From IMG/VR virus record IMGVR_UViG_3300037067_004615: a stretch of DNA of 64,000 bases, one strand, 5' to 3'. Each line of letters begins with the position of its first letter. The first letter of the stretch is position 1. The notes below the pieces were generated by a model. The model was not told where the DNA came from, made no database searches, and was given only the letters and a program-made list of their open reading frames with translations. The stretch is from an uncultured virus (IMG/VR IMGVR_UViG_3300037067_004615) (lineage: Duplodnaviria > Heunggongvirae > Uroviricota > Caudoviricetes). Both the position numbers and the translations under genes were made by a program. Below, piece after piece: positions 1-10,832 of the stretch.

Positions 1-66
1 CATCAACATAGAAGCTGTAAATCAATAGACAGAATGTTTAATAAAATTAAGGAGCAGAAGTAAAAA

Positions 67-273
67 ATGGAAGATGAATTGTTGACTTTAAAAGAGGTCT
101 GTGACATTCTTAAAATGAAACCACAGGCTGTTAGAAAACTCTATAAGGAAAAAGGCTTGCCGGTTGTCCGATTTGAGAAAAATAACGTTAAGTTCTTACG
201 GTCGGTTATTAATAACTGGATAGTACAACATACAGTAGTCTATGAAAGTAAAAAGGTTGAAGAACATGAGTAG
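67..273 (+). CDS. Excisionase-like helix-turn-helix DNA-binding protein
   Basis: LLTLKEVCDILK...LPVVR...VKF...INNW pattern typical of HTH_17/Xis proteins; AAGGAG upstream. Confidence 0.75.
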   Translation: MEDELLTLKEVCDILKMKPQAVRKLYKEKGLPVVRFEKNNVKFLRSVINNWIVQHTVVYESKKVEEHE

Positions 274-305
274 GACACAACATATTTTGAAGGAGGTTTT
301 ATAAA

Positions 306-1298
306 ATGAATATTGTACGGAATTTAAAAGTGCCAACTGGTAACATACTTATTGTCGAAGGTGATAAAGGTAAACTTGAAATGCTTTCGTTGGGCGATTA
401 TGGAAAGGATGTTAATTTAAAATGTGACGCTATGGGTTTAACACGAGACATTGATAGGGTCGAACATACAACAATGCTACCGCTTGAGGATAAATGGGTA
501 ATTACAATCTCAACACAATACGGTTGCTCAATGGGTTGTTCATTTTGTGATGTCCCTAAAGTTGGTGCTGGTAAAAATGCTACTTATAATGATCTTATTA
601 AACAAGTATTGACCGGTATTAAACTACACCCGGAAGTTGAGTATAGTAAACGACTTAATGTTCACTTCGCTCGAATGGGTGAACCAACTTGGAATCCTAA
701 TGTATTAGATTGTGCAAAATGGTTAAAAGACCACATTGACCCTGAATATAAAGTACATCCAGTCGTATCAACTATGATGCCTAAAAATAACGAGTGGTTG
801 AAAACTTTTATTCATACTTGGATGAGAATTAAGAATAGACTTTATCATGGTGAGGCAGGATTACAAATTAGTATTAACTCAACTAATGAAGATGAACGTA
901 ATAAAATGTTTAATGGGAATTGTTGTACGTTAGAACAAATCGCTCATATTATGGACGGTATTATTCCGAATGGTCGTAAGATTACGCTTAATTTTGCTAT
1001 CGCAGACTATGAGATAAATCCATACGTTTTAAAGAAATATTTTGACCCTGATAATTACGTTTTAAAATTAACACCTATGCATAAAACTAAATCTGCTTTA
1101 GACAATAATATTAAAACAACAGGTGACTATACAACTATCTATCCTTACAAGGATTACGAAGATATGTGCAAAGAAGCTGGATATGATGTCTTGGTATTTA
1201 TCGCTTCCGAATATGAGGATATGGGGCGAATAACTTGTGGTAATGCTATTCTTTCTGGAACAAAACCAGAAGTCCCTTATACTGAATTGTTAAAGTGA
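306..1298 (+). CDS. RlmN/Cfr-like radical SAM enzyme (putative RNA methyltransferase)
   Basis: ISTQYGCSMGCSFC (CxxxCxxC), MGEP motif, ISINS and a C-terminal CG, as in the RlmN/Cfr family. Confidence 0.75.
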   Translation: MNIVRNLKVPTGNILIVEGDKGKLEMLSLGDYGKDVNLKCDAMGLTRDIDRVEHTTMLPLEDKWVITISTQYGCSMGCSFCDVPKVGAGKNATYNDLIKQVLTGIKLHPEVEYSKRLNVHFARMGEPTWNPNVLDCAKWLKDHIDPEYKVHPVVSTMMPKNNEWLKTFIHTWMRIKNRLYHGEAGLQISINSTNEDERNKMFNGNCCTLEQIAHIMDGIIPNGRKITLNFAIADYEINPYVLKKYFDPDNYVLKLTPMHKTKSALDNNIKTTGDYTTIYPYKDYEDMCKEAGYDVLVFIASEYEDMGRITCGNAILSGTKPEVPYTELLK

Positions 1299-1525
1299 GG
1301 TACATTAGAATTGAGTAGGACACAACATATATTGATCGGTTCCATAGGGGTTTTAGTTTTTGTAGGTGCTTTGATTTTTGTAAATACAGCCAACTATTTA
1401 AGTAACTATAGGCTACAAGGTAGCATAGCACCAGTAGCCGGAATTATTTGGAGTGTAGGTTATTTAGTTTATCATATTGTTAGAAAATAAAGAGTTTAAT
1501 CTTTAAAGGAGTAAGGTTTTATAAA

Positions 1526-1867
1526 ATGGACACTCGTAAATGGTGGCAAAAATTTGTTGATCAAACTATGTTCGGATATCGATACACTTTGACTTTAAGT
1601 ACCGAGCAATCAACTAAAATATTAAAAGAACTACACAATTTAAAACAGAGTTTGCGGATTAAGGATTTAATCTCTACCTTTGTAACGGCTTCTAGTTATC
1701 CCACTACTGTTAATGGTACACAAATTATATTAGTTAAATTAGACACATCAGATACTATTATGGTGCGAGATATTCTAGGATTATCTAAAACCCAACTTAA
1801 AGAACTAACTCAAAGTTATACGGAAGAAACTGGTTTATCAACTATAACTCATTATCCTAGTAAGTAG
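1526..1867 (+). CDS. Hypothetical protein flanked by direct repeats
   Basis: ORF with RBS; flanked by TTTAATCTTTAA(A)GGAGTAAGGTT copies. Confidence 0.6.
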   Translation: MDTRKWWQKFVDQTMFGYRYTLTLSTEQSTKILKELHNLKQSLRIKDLISTFVTASSYPTTVNGTQIILVKLDTSDTIMVRDILGLSKTQLKELTQSYTEETGLSTITHYPSK

Positions 1868-1972
1868 TTTAATCTTTAAGGAGTAAGGTTCATGGCTTTG
1901 TACCATCTGGTAGTATTTCAAGAGACTTCACGTTGGATGGCGAATAGTTTATACTTATAAAGTAGGATATTA

Positions 1973-2767
1973 ATGAACCATTTAAGTTTATTTTCAGGTA
2001 TCGGTGGAATTGATTTAGCAGCACAATGGGCCGGAATTAATACAGTGTGCTTTTGCGAAATAAATCCATTCTGCCAAAAAGTTTTAAACAAACATTGGCC
2101 TGATGTGCCAATTATAGGGGATATTAAAGATGTCACGAAAGAAAAAGTCAATATACTTACAAAATCCTCAACAATTGACCTTATTACAGGGGGATTCCCT
2201 TGTCAACCTGTTTCTAAGGCCGGACTCAGAAAAGGCTACTCAGATGACCGTTGGCTCTGGCCTGAAATGCTTAGAGTCATACGAGAAATTAAGCCCACTT
2301 GGGTTGTTGGCGAGAATGTTGATGGCCTCATCAATATGGCAATCGAAAACATCTTACTTGATTTGGAAAGTAGTAATTATATCACACAAACATTTCTTAT
2401 TCCAGCTTGTGCAGTTGGAGCAACCGACATCCGATACAGGGTTTTCATTGTTGCCCACTCCGGTAGCATCTTTAGCTCATTCGGGTTATTCAATCGGTAC
2501 TGCAATCAAACAAAGGGATGGGGTAAAAACTCGAAAATCGGGGGCAAAGATAGGGAGTTCATTGAAATGGCATCCATCCCTAATCGAAGAATACTTGACG
2601 AATCATGGGAATTTTCCAAACCCAAATTGGTTAGAATCGATGATGGGATTCCCAACGGATTGGACAGAATTAGAGCATTAGGTAACGCAGTAAAACCTCA
2701 ACAAGTTTACCCTATATTAAAAGTAATTTATGATATAGAACAACTTGATGTTTCAAAAAAACTTTAA
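1973..2767 (+). CDS. DNA cytosine-5 methyltransferase, large subunit
   Basis: Motif I LFSGIGG, motif IV GFPCQ, motif VI ENV, motif VIII RYRVFIV, motif X GNAV. Confidence 0.9.
   Translation: MNHLSLFSGIGGIDLAAQWAGINTVCFCEINPFCQKVLNKHWPDVPIIGDIKDVTKEKVNILTKSSTIDLITGGFPCQPVSKAGLRKGYSDDRWLWPEMLRVIREIKPTWVVGENVDGLINMAIENILLDLESSNYITQTFLIPACAVGATDIRYRVFIVAHSGSIFSSFGLFNRYCNQTKGWGKNSKIGGKDREFIEMASIPNRRILDESWEFSKPKLVRIDDGIPNGLDRIRALGNAVKPQQVYPILKVIYDIEQLDVSKKL
2130..2681 (+). CDS. Overlapping-frame small subunit of the C5 methyltransferase
   Basis: 183-aa +1-frame ORF nested in the MTase gene, with LLPTP and a C-terminal NPNWLESMMGFPTDWT resembling motif IX. Confidence 0.7.
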   Translation: MSRKKKSIYLQNPQQLTLLQGDSLVNLFLRPDSEKATQMTVGSGLKCLESYEKLSPLGLLARMLMASSIWQSKTSYLIWKVVIISHKHFLFQLVQLEQPTSDTGFSLLPTPVASLAHSGYSIGTAIKQRDGVKTRKSGAKIGSSLKWHPSLIEEYLTNHGNFPNPNWLESMMGFPTDWTELEH

Positions 2768-3846
2768 ACTAGACGCTGAATAAACTAATAAGTAGCAGCA
2801 CTTGATTATTTATTGTAGATATGTTAATATATGAATATACGAGTTGAAAGGGAGGTAAGCGTTACATGAGTACAAGAATAGTTAGTAAAGAAAAAGACCC
2901 AACCGATAGCCTGTGGTTGGTAATTGTAACTGATGGAGAAAATCAGTGGAAATCTTGGATGACTGACCAACAGTTGCGTAAGCACGAAATTGAAATTGAA
3001 CTTGAGAAATCTGGTGCAAATATGGATTTGGTTTCTGAATTGATAGATATAGCGTGGGCTGAATGCCAAGATTCTATGCGTGATTAGATATTACTGATTT
3101 AAAGGATGGTGCATAAAATGGATGCAAGAACATTACTTAATAAAATCTGCGATGACGCCGATAAAGATGCAAACGTTAGTTTAGAATTTCCAGGATTATG
3201 TGGTAATTCAGATATAAGTCGGAAAGGTTGCACAGGGCATGGGCATATATCGTTGTCAGTAGCTAAAGAAACTGTTACCGACTTAGCTTTTAAAGAAACT
3301 CATTCTGCTATACTAATATCTGTACCTAAAACTTTACTCGTTAGACTTATGAATGAGGGGAACCCAAATGGTCAATAAACAAGAACCTAAAACCCATTTA
3401 TTTTTAAAACCTTGTGGTTGTGTAGGTTGCATCATAGTAGATAAACCAGATATGTATGATGAATTAGCTAAAGCATTTAAGTATGCGGCAAAACATAATG
3501 AGACTTATCAACTCGTACCTACTCAACAAGTTAGAGAAATGAAATGGGAATGTCCACAACATCAAAAGGTCACTAAGGAAGTCGCAAAACAAAATAGTTT
3601 TTTTGAGGATGATAAGTAAAATGGCATCTTTAACAATGAAGTACGCATTAGAAACTAAAGTCAATTATTCAATGAGTGTTCCAGCTATGAGTTGTGAACT
3701 GAACGGCCTTGTTTGTAAAGGATGGGGGATAATTAAAGGTTACAAAAAAGCTAATGGAACAATAATGTACGTAGTCGCTGAATATGGGGATAATAAAAAC
3801 GTGCGATTATACTTTGAATCGGAGTTAAAATTAATGGAGGATAAAG

Positions 3847-4008
3847 ATGCCAGGATGGATAAATGTACCAGTAAGAATTGAAGTCCATGACCGCTTAATT
3901 AAGGCACGAGGGGATAAATCCTTTAGTGACTTCATCGATGAACTATTAGATACCAAAGAATCAAATACACAACAGCCGCCTAACCGATCTGAGGCAAGGG
4001 GAAATTAA
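3847..4008 (+). CDS. Small ribbon-helix-helix/antitoxin-like protein (53 aa)
   Basis: MPGWINVPVRIEVHDRLIKARGDKSFSDFIDELL..., read by hand; GGAGG RBS. Confidence 0.6.
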   Translation: MPGWINVPVRIEVHDRLIKARGDKSFSDFIDELLDTKESNTQQPPNRSEARGN

Positions 4009-5195
4009 AATGGAACTTAAAGGATACTATTATTCAGTCGGTAATCCAACTTTCTCACAAGCATTAGGGTTTGATCGAAATAATATCCCCCACGCCCATT
4101 ACGAGAAGGCTAGTTGGGCAAAACCTGTTATTGTTAAAGGTTATACTCATACTGATTTATTCGTAAGTCATGCAAGATTTGGTGAAGGTCGATATGCTAT
4201 CTTTGAAGGGAAGTCTGGTAAATCAATTGGTAATTCAGCTAATACAGTTAAAGAAGCTATCGCCAATGCTAAAACTACACTAGATGCTAACTTCAATGGC
4301 AACGAGGATGAGTTTGAACGTGTCATTGACCTTAACGTAAAGTATAATGGGAATATTTCACCACGATATAATTAATAAGGATGGTTTTAAAATGGCTAAT
4401 CAATATACATCAGAACACAATATCGAAACATTACCTAAATGGGCGCAATATGCATTTAATCAACTAAGCGAGTTGAACGTGGGGCTAAATATACGGATGC
4501 AAACTTTACAGGATATCAACGCTATTATGTGCGAACCTAAAAGAGACTGGTTTACTTTACCGTTTTCACATGACGATAATAAACCTATTCACCTATGGTT
4601 ATTGGATAAAGACCAACCTATCTCAGTTTGTTCATTGGGTAAAGGCGATATTATATTCGTCGGTCGAGCTAAAAAGGACGAGGAATAATGAGCGAACTAA
4701 TAATAACTTGTTGCGATTACTGTAACAAAGATCAATCAGTACAAACATATAATGGACGAGGATACATATACGTACCAGAAGAAGATGCTATAAGACTTTT
4801 TGACTGGATTAGAGATGAGACAGGTAAAATTATGTGTCTTAATTGTCAGGATGAACGAGAAGAAAAGGATGTGGTAAAATGAAATTTACTAAAGGCCAAT
4901 GGAAAGCACTTACAATCGCAAATGCTGTAGTAAGTTATGATAAAGCGGGTGTTGTCGAACACGTTATCGCTCGTAGCATTTCAGATAATGACGCACAATT
5001 AATTGCCGCCACACCTGAACTTTATGAATCACTAAAAGCAATTAATGAGTACCTATCTTTACCATATCCTGAAAATATGAAACGGAAAAAGTTAGCAGTC
5101 GAGTTAATGGAAGATGCACTTGCTAAAGCAGAGGGGAAGAATGAATAACTTAAAGTGTAATAAATTTGAGAATATAGGAATTTAAGGGGTTAGAA

Positions 5196-5642
5196 ATGAA
5201 CCGAGAAATTAAAGTACGATACACTTATAAAAATCAGAATAGGAAGTCATATATCTCTAAAATATTCACACTGGACGAAATTCAAGTCGGATGCTTATCC
5301 AATTGGTTTAATACACTTAAAGGACAATGGACTAATATCGGTCGGGATTTTTTTACAGGAATTATAGATAAAAATAAGCACGAAGTTTATAGTGGACATA
5401 TCTTACTAATCCCTGACTACTTTCACGAACGTATCTTAGACGATGGTAGTGGGCCGAACGAACCGTTCAACCATTTAGCACCTGTAGTTTTTGAAAGCGG
5501 ATGCTTCGGGGTAATAATTATTGAAAGTGCCTATAACTTAAACAAAAGATTTTATACCTTTATCGAACTCGAAAGTGAGGGAGTTGAATCTATCGAGATT
5601 GTCGGAAACATATACCAGAATAGCGACCTTATTAAACCTTAG
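5196..5642 (+). CDS. YopX-family phage protein
   Basis: MNREIK...FTGIIDKNKHEVYSG...EIVGNIYQN signature. Confidence 0.8.
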   Translation: MNREIKVRYTYKNQNRKSYISKIFTLDEIQVGCLSNWFNTLKGQWTNIGRDFFTGIIDKNKHEVYSGHILLIPDYFHERILDDGSGPNEPFNHLAPVVFESGCFGVIIIESAYNLNKRFYTFIELESEGVESIEIVGNIYQNSDLIKP

Positions 5643-5654
5643 TGTTAATTCATG

Positions 5655-5684
5655 TTGACAGATGTAACATATTCATGGTATATT
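5655..5684 (+). promoter_or_regulatory. Sigma70-like promoter
   Basis: TTGACA followed by TGgTATATT upstream of the 5717 ORF. Confidence 0.55.
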
Positions 5685-5716
5685 AGATAGTAGATAGACC
5701 CCCTTTAAGGAGACAA

Positions 5717-5872
5717 ATGGATAAAGAATTGAAGGACAAACCAGTAAGGTTACACCTGACTACACTTGATAAACTTGAGAAATTCCGTATACATCCTAGA
5801 GAAACACCAGATGATTTAATCAATAATGCTATTAAACTTTATGAAAATATTTTAGGGAAAATGGAGGAATAA
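5717..5872 (+). CDS. Small ribbon-helix-helix/antitoxin-like protein (51 aa)
   Basis: MDKELKDKPVRLHLTTLDKLEKFRIHPRETPDDLINNAI...; AAGGAG RBS. Confidence 0.65.
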   Translation: MDKELKDKPVRLHLTTLDKLEKFRIHPRETPDDLINNAIKLYENILGKMEE

Positions 5873-6736
5873 GTGTACATTTTAAAAGAAAAGCATGGTT
5901 TGGCAATTAAGGAATTTGAACTAGGTGATAAATCAAAATACTGGGATCATACAACATTATCAATACAAAATAATAAACTAGCCGAATACCTTAAAGTGAG
6001 TAATAGTGCCTTATGCCGATGGTTCCATAAATGGAAATCTAACAAACCGGCAGACAGTAACACTACCAATAAACCTACTCATACAAATACATTCAATTAT
6101 CATGCTACTACTAAAACTCAACGTGAATGTGCTATAAGACACTTTAATATGTTTGAAAATTCTCGCCACTGGGATTCAAACCATCATTGTTTAAACTTGC
6201 AGTCTTTACGTGATGAATGCAAAGTTAGCGACTGGACAATCCGATATTGGTATGCTGTCTGGAAGTTAGACCATAACACTACATTAGATTTTAAACCATC
6301 ATCGGGAGAGGACTCTCTATATAATAAACAACAATACTTCAATGAATTAAAAAATAAAACAGGCATTAACACTTTTGACGCTATGGCAAAATATAATATC
6401 GGTAGTAGCGTCTTAAAGAAATGGAACTTAGAATTTAAAACATCCAATAACAAAGCACTACTTAGTGACCCGATTATTGTTACTAAAGATCAAGTTAAAA
6501 TGTTATCTGGAACTGTTGTCAAGACTGAAAATAAAATTAAACCAGCCGAACATAAAGAACAACCCGTTGCCAATTCTAATCCTATAGATACCATTGAGAG
6601 TTTCTTTAGCAGTTTTGCAGAATTTATTAATAAATCTAAACAGACAGAATTAGAATTAAATACTTACAAACAACGTTGCGAAAAGTGGGCAAAACAAATT
6701 GTCGCACTGCAAAACGCTTTAATTAAGAAGGACTAA
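5873..6736 (+). CDS. Protein with repeated HTH-like units and C-terminal coiled coil
   Basis: Three units of the form KVS..L.RW (LKVSNSALCRW, CKVSDWTIRYW, NIGSSVLKKW). Confidence 0.5.
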   Translation: MYILKEKHGLAIKEFELGDKSKYWDHTTLSIQNNKLAEYLKVSNSALCRWFHKWKSNKPADSNTTNKPTHTNTFNYHATTKTQRECAIRHFNMFENSRHWDSNHHCLNLQSLRDECKVSDWTIRYWYAVWKLDHNTTLDFKPSSGEDSLYNKQQYFNELKNKTGINTFDAMAKYNIGSSVLKKWNLEFKTSNNKALLSDPIIVTKDQVKMLSGTVVKTENKIKPAEHKEQPVANSNPIDTIESFFSSFAEFINKSKQTELELNTYKQRCEKWAKQIVALQNALIKKD

Positions 6737-6753
6737 TAAAAAGGAGCCTTAAT

Positions 6754-7083
6754 TTGGATTTTAACGAGTATCAACTTAAAGCACTAGAAACAGCGGTTTA
6801 TCCCAATATCGGTAATTGTTTATACTACCCTACACTAGGACTTGCAGGGGAATCAGGCGAAGTCGCAGAAAAAGTTAAAAAGATGTACCGCGACGAAAAT
6901 GGTATTTTATCAGATGAACGTATGGATGCAATCAAAAAAGAATTAGGTGATGTCCTCTGGTATGTCGCTATGACTGCATGGGAATGTAAATTAGAATTAA
7001 ACGATGTTGCGGAAACTAATGTCGCAAAACTGCACGAACGAAAAGTTAACGGGAAACTACACGGTAGTGGGGATAATAGATAA
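6754..7083 (+). CDS. MazG-like nucleotide pyrophosphohydrolase
   Basis: LGLAGESGEVAEKVKK...ELGDVLWY...N..KL..R...GSGDNR. Confidence 0.9.
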   Translation: MDFNEYQLKALETAVYPNIGNCLYYPTLGLAGESGEVAEKVKKMYRDENGILSDERMDAIKKELGDVLWYVAMTAWECKLELNDVAETNVAKLHERKVNGKLHGSGDNR

Positions 7084-7329
7084 TAATTGTCCAGTGGTTG
7101 TCCATACCTAATAAATAAAGGACAGTGAAAATGAATAGTGTAAGATGTTGCACAAAGTGTAGAAGTCCTATGGTCACTACTAAAGGCCAACAATCCTTTG
7201 TAGGATGTTATAACGGTTACGAAAATTTCAAGTGGAAAGAAACCACAGTTTGTCCCAATAAACAACACTTTTGGGACGGACATTCTAAAGTAGTAAAAAT
7301 AAAATACGCTATAGAAAAGGAAAAATAAA

Positions 7330-7989
7330 ATGGCATTAAAAGCTAAGGACAACGAGTGTTTTATCCCTAAAGAAGCACTATCACTTTCAAACTTTGCATC
7401 AAAAGACAACAGTAGACCGGTTTTAACAGGGTTGCATATCGCTAATGGTTTAGCAGAAACCGCAGATGGTTTTACTACTGCGTCTTATAAAATATCTCAA
7501 GGCAAAGATTTCCCTGAATGTTGTATTCCTATGAACGACATTTTACGTGCTGGAATTAATAAAAAATGGCAAGGTATTAAAATTTCAATCGAAAAAGAAT
7601 TGTACATTATCAAAGGCGAGTTTAATTTAATCACATCACCCATGACACCTATATCATCTCCAGTATTCCCTTCCACTAAGGGTTTATATAACGATCTAAA
7701 AACTAAAAACACAGCGGCATATGTTGGGTTATCAACATTCGTGTTAAAAAAATTGGTTGCGGCAACTGAAAAGTCAGGACATAAAATGGTTGTTTTAAGA
7801 ATTAGAGAAGTTGATAAAACTAAACGAGATTATTTAGAATATGGGACACCTATTGAATTTTGCACCTTTCCAACTAATTCATCGGAATCGATAATTAAAA
7901 AAGATAGTGGTAAATTAACTGGCTTACTAATGCCTTGCTCTATTTTACCAGACGCTTGTAATTGGGCAACAAATAAGGAGATCGAATAA
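7330..7989 (+). CDS. DNA polymerase III beta-clamp-like protein
   Basis: FASKDNSRPVLTGL...TADGF, FP and LLMP motifs of the clamp domains. Confidence 0.55.
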   Translation: MALKAKDNECFIPKEALSLSNFASKDNSRPVLTGLHIANGLAETADGFTTASYKISQGKDFPECCIPMNDILRAGINKKWQGIKISIEKELYIIKGEFNLITSPMTPISSPVFPSTKGLYNDLKTKNTAAYVGLSTFVLKKLVAATEKSGHKMVVLRIREVDKTKRDYLEYGTPIEFCTFPTNSSESIIKKDSGKLTGLLMPCSILPDACNWATNKEIE

Positions 7990-8492
7990 TGCATCTTTAC
8001 GAACTATCACAATCGGTAAGAACTTTACAAGTTATGTCTGATGATGAGGAAAATTTTAATCCAGAATTAGTCAAGGTCGAACTTGCACAAGTAAAAGTTG
8101 AGTTCGACGAAAAGGTTGAAAGTATAGGTAAACTTGTGCTAAACTTAGAAGTAGATGAGTTAGCATTAAAGACTGAAATTGACCGGCTTGAACAACGTAA
8201 AAAAGTTGCTAAAGGTAAAATTGATTTCTGGAGAAACTACTTAATCACTGAAATGCAAAACGCAAAACAGGATAAAGTCAAAGGTCAGGTCTTAAATGTT
8301 TCATTAAGAGACAACACCAAACCAACTGTTAATATCTTAGACGCTTCTAAAATCCCACACGAACTTTGTAAATTTATTCCAGAGTCTTATGTACCTGATA
8401 AGGAATTAATTTTAAACCGGACTAAAACTACAGGTGAAGTCGTTGAAGGGGCCGAGGTTATCACTGGTAAAAAATATGTCACTATTAAATAA
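7989..8492 (+). CDS. Siphovirus Gp157-family protein
   Basis: MHLYELS...KVESI...EIDRL...IP....PDK..I...GEVVEGAE. Confidence 0.8.
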   Translation: MHLYELSQSVRTLQVMSDDEENFNPELVKVELAQVKVEFDEKVESIGKLVLNLEVDELALKTEIDRLEQRKKVAKGKIDFWRNYLITEMQNAKQDKVKGQVLNVSLRDNTKPTVNILDASKIPHELCKFIPESYVPDKELILNRTKTTGEVVEGAEVITGKKYVTIK

Positions 8493-8510
8493 CTTGATGA
8501 GGTTTTAAAA

Positions 8511-9878
8511 TTGGATTACTTAGACTTCCTTGCAACTAAATCTCAAATGGGATATATGAGTGGTTTTAAACCTTTATACTTACCTGATTATTTATTTAAC
8601 TTCCAAAAATTTTTAGTCGATTGGGCAATCCGCAAAGGGAAATCCGCATTATTTACCGACTGTGGAACAGGCAAAACCCCAATGCAATTAGTTTGGTCTG
8701 AAAACATAGTACGACATACAAACAAACCTGTATTGATATTAACACCATTATCGGTATCATCTCAAACTAAAAAGGAAGGGGATAAATTTGGCATAGAAAC
8801 TTGTCGGTCTATGGATGGTAAAAACGTAAAACATATAACGATAACTAATTACGAGAGGTTGCACTTCTTTAATCCGTCAGATTTTGGTGGGGTATGCTGT
8901 GATGAATCTAGTATTTTAAAAAATTTCGATGGTGCTTATAAGGCTCAGATTACCGAATTTATGAGACAAGTACCGTATCGACTATTGTGTACTGCTACTG
9001 CTGCGCCCAATGATTATATCGAATTAGGAACATCCTCAGAAGCATTGGGGGAACTTGGTTATACTGATATGTTAACTAGGTTTTTTGTAAATGATCAACA
9101 TAGTATCAGTACAAGACGGACTAGATTCAATTATTCAGATGACGGATGGAGATTTAAGGGACATGCTGAATTGGCGTTCTGGCAATGGGTTTGTTCATGG
9201 GCTAGGGCTATGCGTAGACCTTCTGATTTAGGTTTTGATAATGGTAAATTTATATTACCCCCTTTAATCGAAAGAGAAACAGTAGTTAAAGCTCGTAAAC
9301 CTAGACCAGATATGTTGTTCGATGTTGTAGCGATTGGATTGCAAGAAGAACGGGAAGTAAAACGTAGAACTATTAATGAACGATGTGAAACAGTTGCACA
9401 ATTAGTAAAACATGATAAACCGGCTGCTGTTTGGTGTCAACTTAACGATGAAGGGGATACACTCGCTCGCATGATACCGGATAGCAGACAAATTAGCGGA
9501 TCCGATTCCGACGAAAGCAAAGAGGAAAAATTTGAGGCTTTTAAAAATGGACAACTACGTGTACTAATCACAAAACCCAAAATCGGGGCGTTTGGTTTAA
9601 ACTGGCAACATTGTGCTCATGTGGTATACTTTGCCTCTAATTCTTATGAACAATATTATCAAGCTGTTAGACGTTGTTGGAGATTTGGGCAAGAAAATAA
9701 TGTAGTAGTTGACTTAGTACGTACAGATAGCGAAGAAAGAATAGTAGAAAATTTAAAAAAGAAATCATCTGCGGCAGATGTAATGTTTTCAACATTAGTG
9801 CAATATATGAATAACGCATTAAAAATAGATAGAAGTAATTATACTAATAAAACAGTGGAGGTTCCAAGTTGGTTGTAG
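8511..9878 (+). CDS. SF2/SNF2-like helicase
   Basis: DCGTGKT, DESS, TATAAPND, GLNWQ and QAVRRCWRFGQ motifs. Confidence 0.85.
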   Translation: MDYLDFLATKSQMGYMSGFKPLYLPDYLFNFQKFLVDWAIRKGKSALFTDCGTGKTPMQLVWSENIVRHTNKPVLILTPLSVSSQTKKEGDKFGIETCRSMDGKNVKHITITNYERLHFFNPSDFGGVCCDESSILKNFDGAYKAQITEFMRQVPYRLLCTATAAPNDYIELGTSSEALGELGYTDMLTRFFVNDQHSISTRRTRFNYSDDGWRFKGHAELAFWQWVCSWARAMRRPSDLGFDNGKFILPPLIERETVVKARKPRPDMLFDVVAIGLQEEREVKRRTINERCETVAQLVKHDKPAAVWCQLNDEGDTLARMIPDSRQISGSDSDESKEEKFEAFKNGQLRVLITKPKIGAFGLNWQHCAHVVYFASNSYEQYYQAVRRCWRFGQENNVVVDLVRTDSEERIVENLKKKSSAADVMFSTLVQYMNNALKIDRSNYTNKTVEVPSWL

Positions 9879-10828
9879 AATTTAAAAATATTACAGATAA
9901 ATACGCTATATATTTGGATGATTGTTTAGAAGTAATGACTAAATTACCTAATAATTCGATGCATTTATCAATTTATTCTCCACCATTCTGTGGATTATAT
10001 CATTATTCTTCATCTGAAAGAGACTTATCTAATAGTCGTAGCTATCAGGAATTTTTTGAACATTATGAGTTTGTGGTAAAAGAAATCCATCGACTGACTA
10101 TTCAGGGTAGAATGACGTCAGTCCATTGTATGGATGTACCATCTGGTAATAGTGGATTAGATCATTTAACTGATTTTCCGGGTGATATTATCCGATTACA
10201 TGAAAAAGTGGGGTTTGAATATATAGCTAGATATTCAGTATGGAAGGAACCATTGGGTGTACGTAATCGGACTATGGCTAAACATTTAGCACATAGAACA
10301 ATTGTCGAAGATTCATCTAGGTGCGGGGTAGCTTCGGCTGATTATCTATTAATATTCCGTAAGAAAGGTATCAACCCTATCCCAATTGTTCACCCTAACG
10401 GATTAACTGAATACGCTGGTGAAAGGCCAATACCTACTGACTTATTACACTATAAAGGTTGGAAAGGCAACCAGATTGAAAATAAATACTCTCATTGGAT
10501 TTGGCGTCAATATGCTTCCGCTTTTTGGGATGATATTAGAATTGATAGAGTATTGCCTTTTAAAGCATCAAGGGATGAGGACGATGAAAAGCACGTACAC
10601 CCTTTACAACTAGACGTAATCGATAGATGTATTGTATTATGGTCTAATGTGGGTGAGAATATTTTAACTCCATTCATGGGAGTAGGTTCAGAAGTTTATT
10701 CTGCTATTCGTAATGGACGTAAAGGAATTGGTATAGAATTAAAACCAACTTATTTTAGACAAGCACAAATGAATATACAGTCAATCGAAAATGAACCTAA
10801 ATTTGAACAGTCTGGAATGTTATTATAA
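9869..10828 (+). CDS. DNA N4/N6 methyltransferase
   Basis: SPPF catalytic motif and PFMGVGSE SAM-binding motif (beta-class order). Confidence 0.85.
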   Translation: MVVEFKNITDKYAIYLDDCLEVMTKLPNNSMHLSIYSPPFCGLYHYSSSERDLSNSRSYQEFFEHYEFVVKEIHRLTIQGRMTSVHCMDVPSGNSGLDHLTDFPGDIIRLHEKVGFEYIARYSVWKEPLGVRNRTMAKHLAHRTIVEDSSRCGVASADYLLIFRKKGINPIPIVHPNGLTEYAGERPIPTDLLHYKGWKGNQIENKYSHWIWRQYASAFWDDIRIDRVLPFKASRDEDDEKHVHPLQLDVIDRCIVLWSNVGENILTPFMGVGSEVYSAIRNGRKGIGIELKPTYFRQAQMNIQSIENEPKFEQSGMLL

Positions 10829-10832
10829 ATAC

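Noticed and set aside
6184..7712. Antisense ORFs opposite well-supported genes (for example 6825-7409)
   Set aside because: Shadow frames with no RBS or recognisable motifs, inside a same-strand operon.
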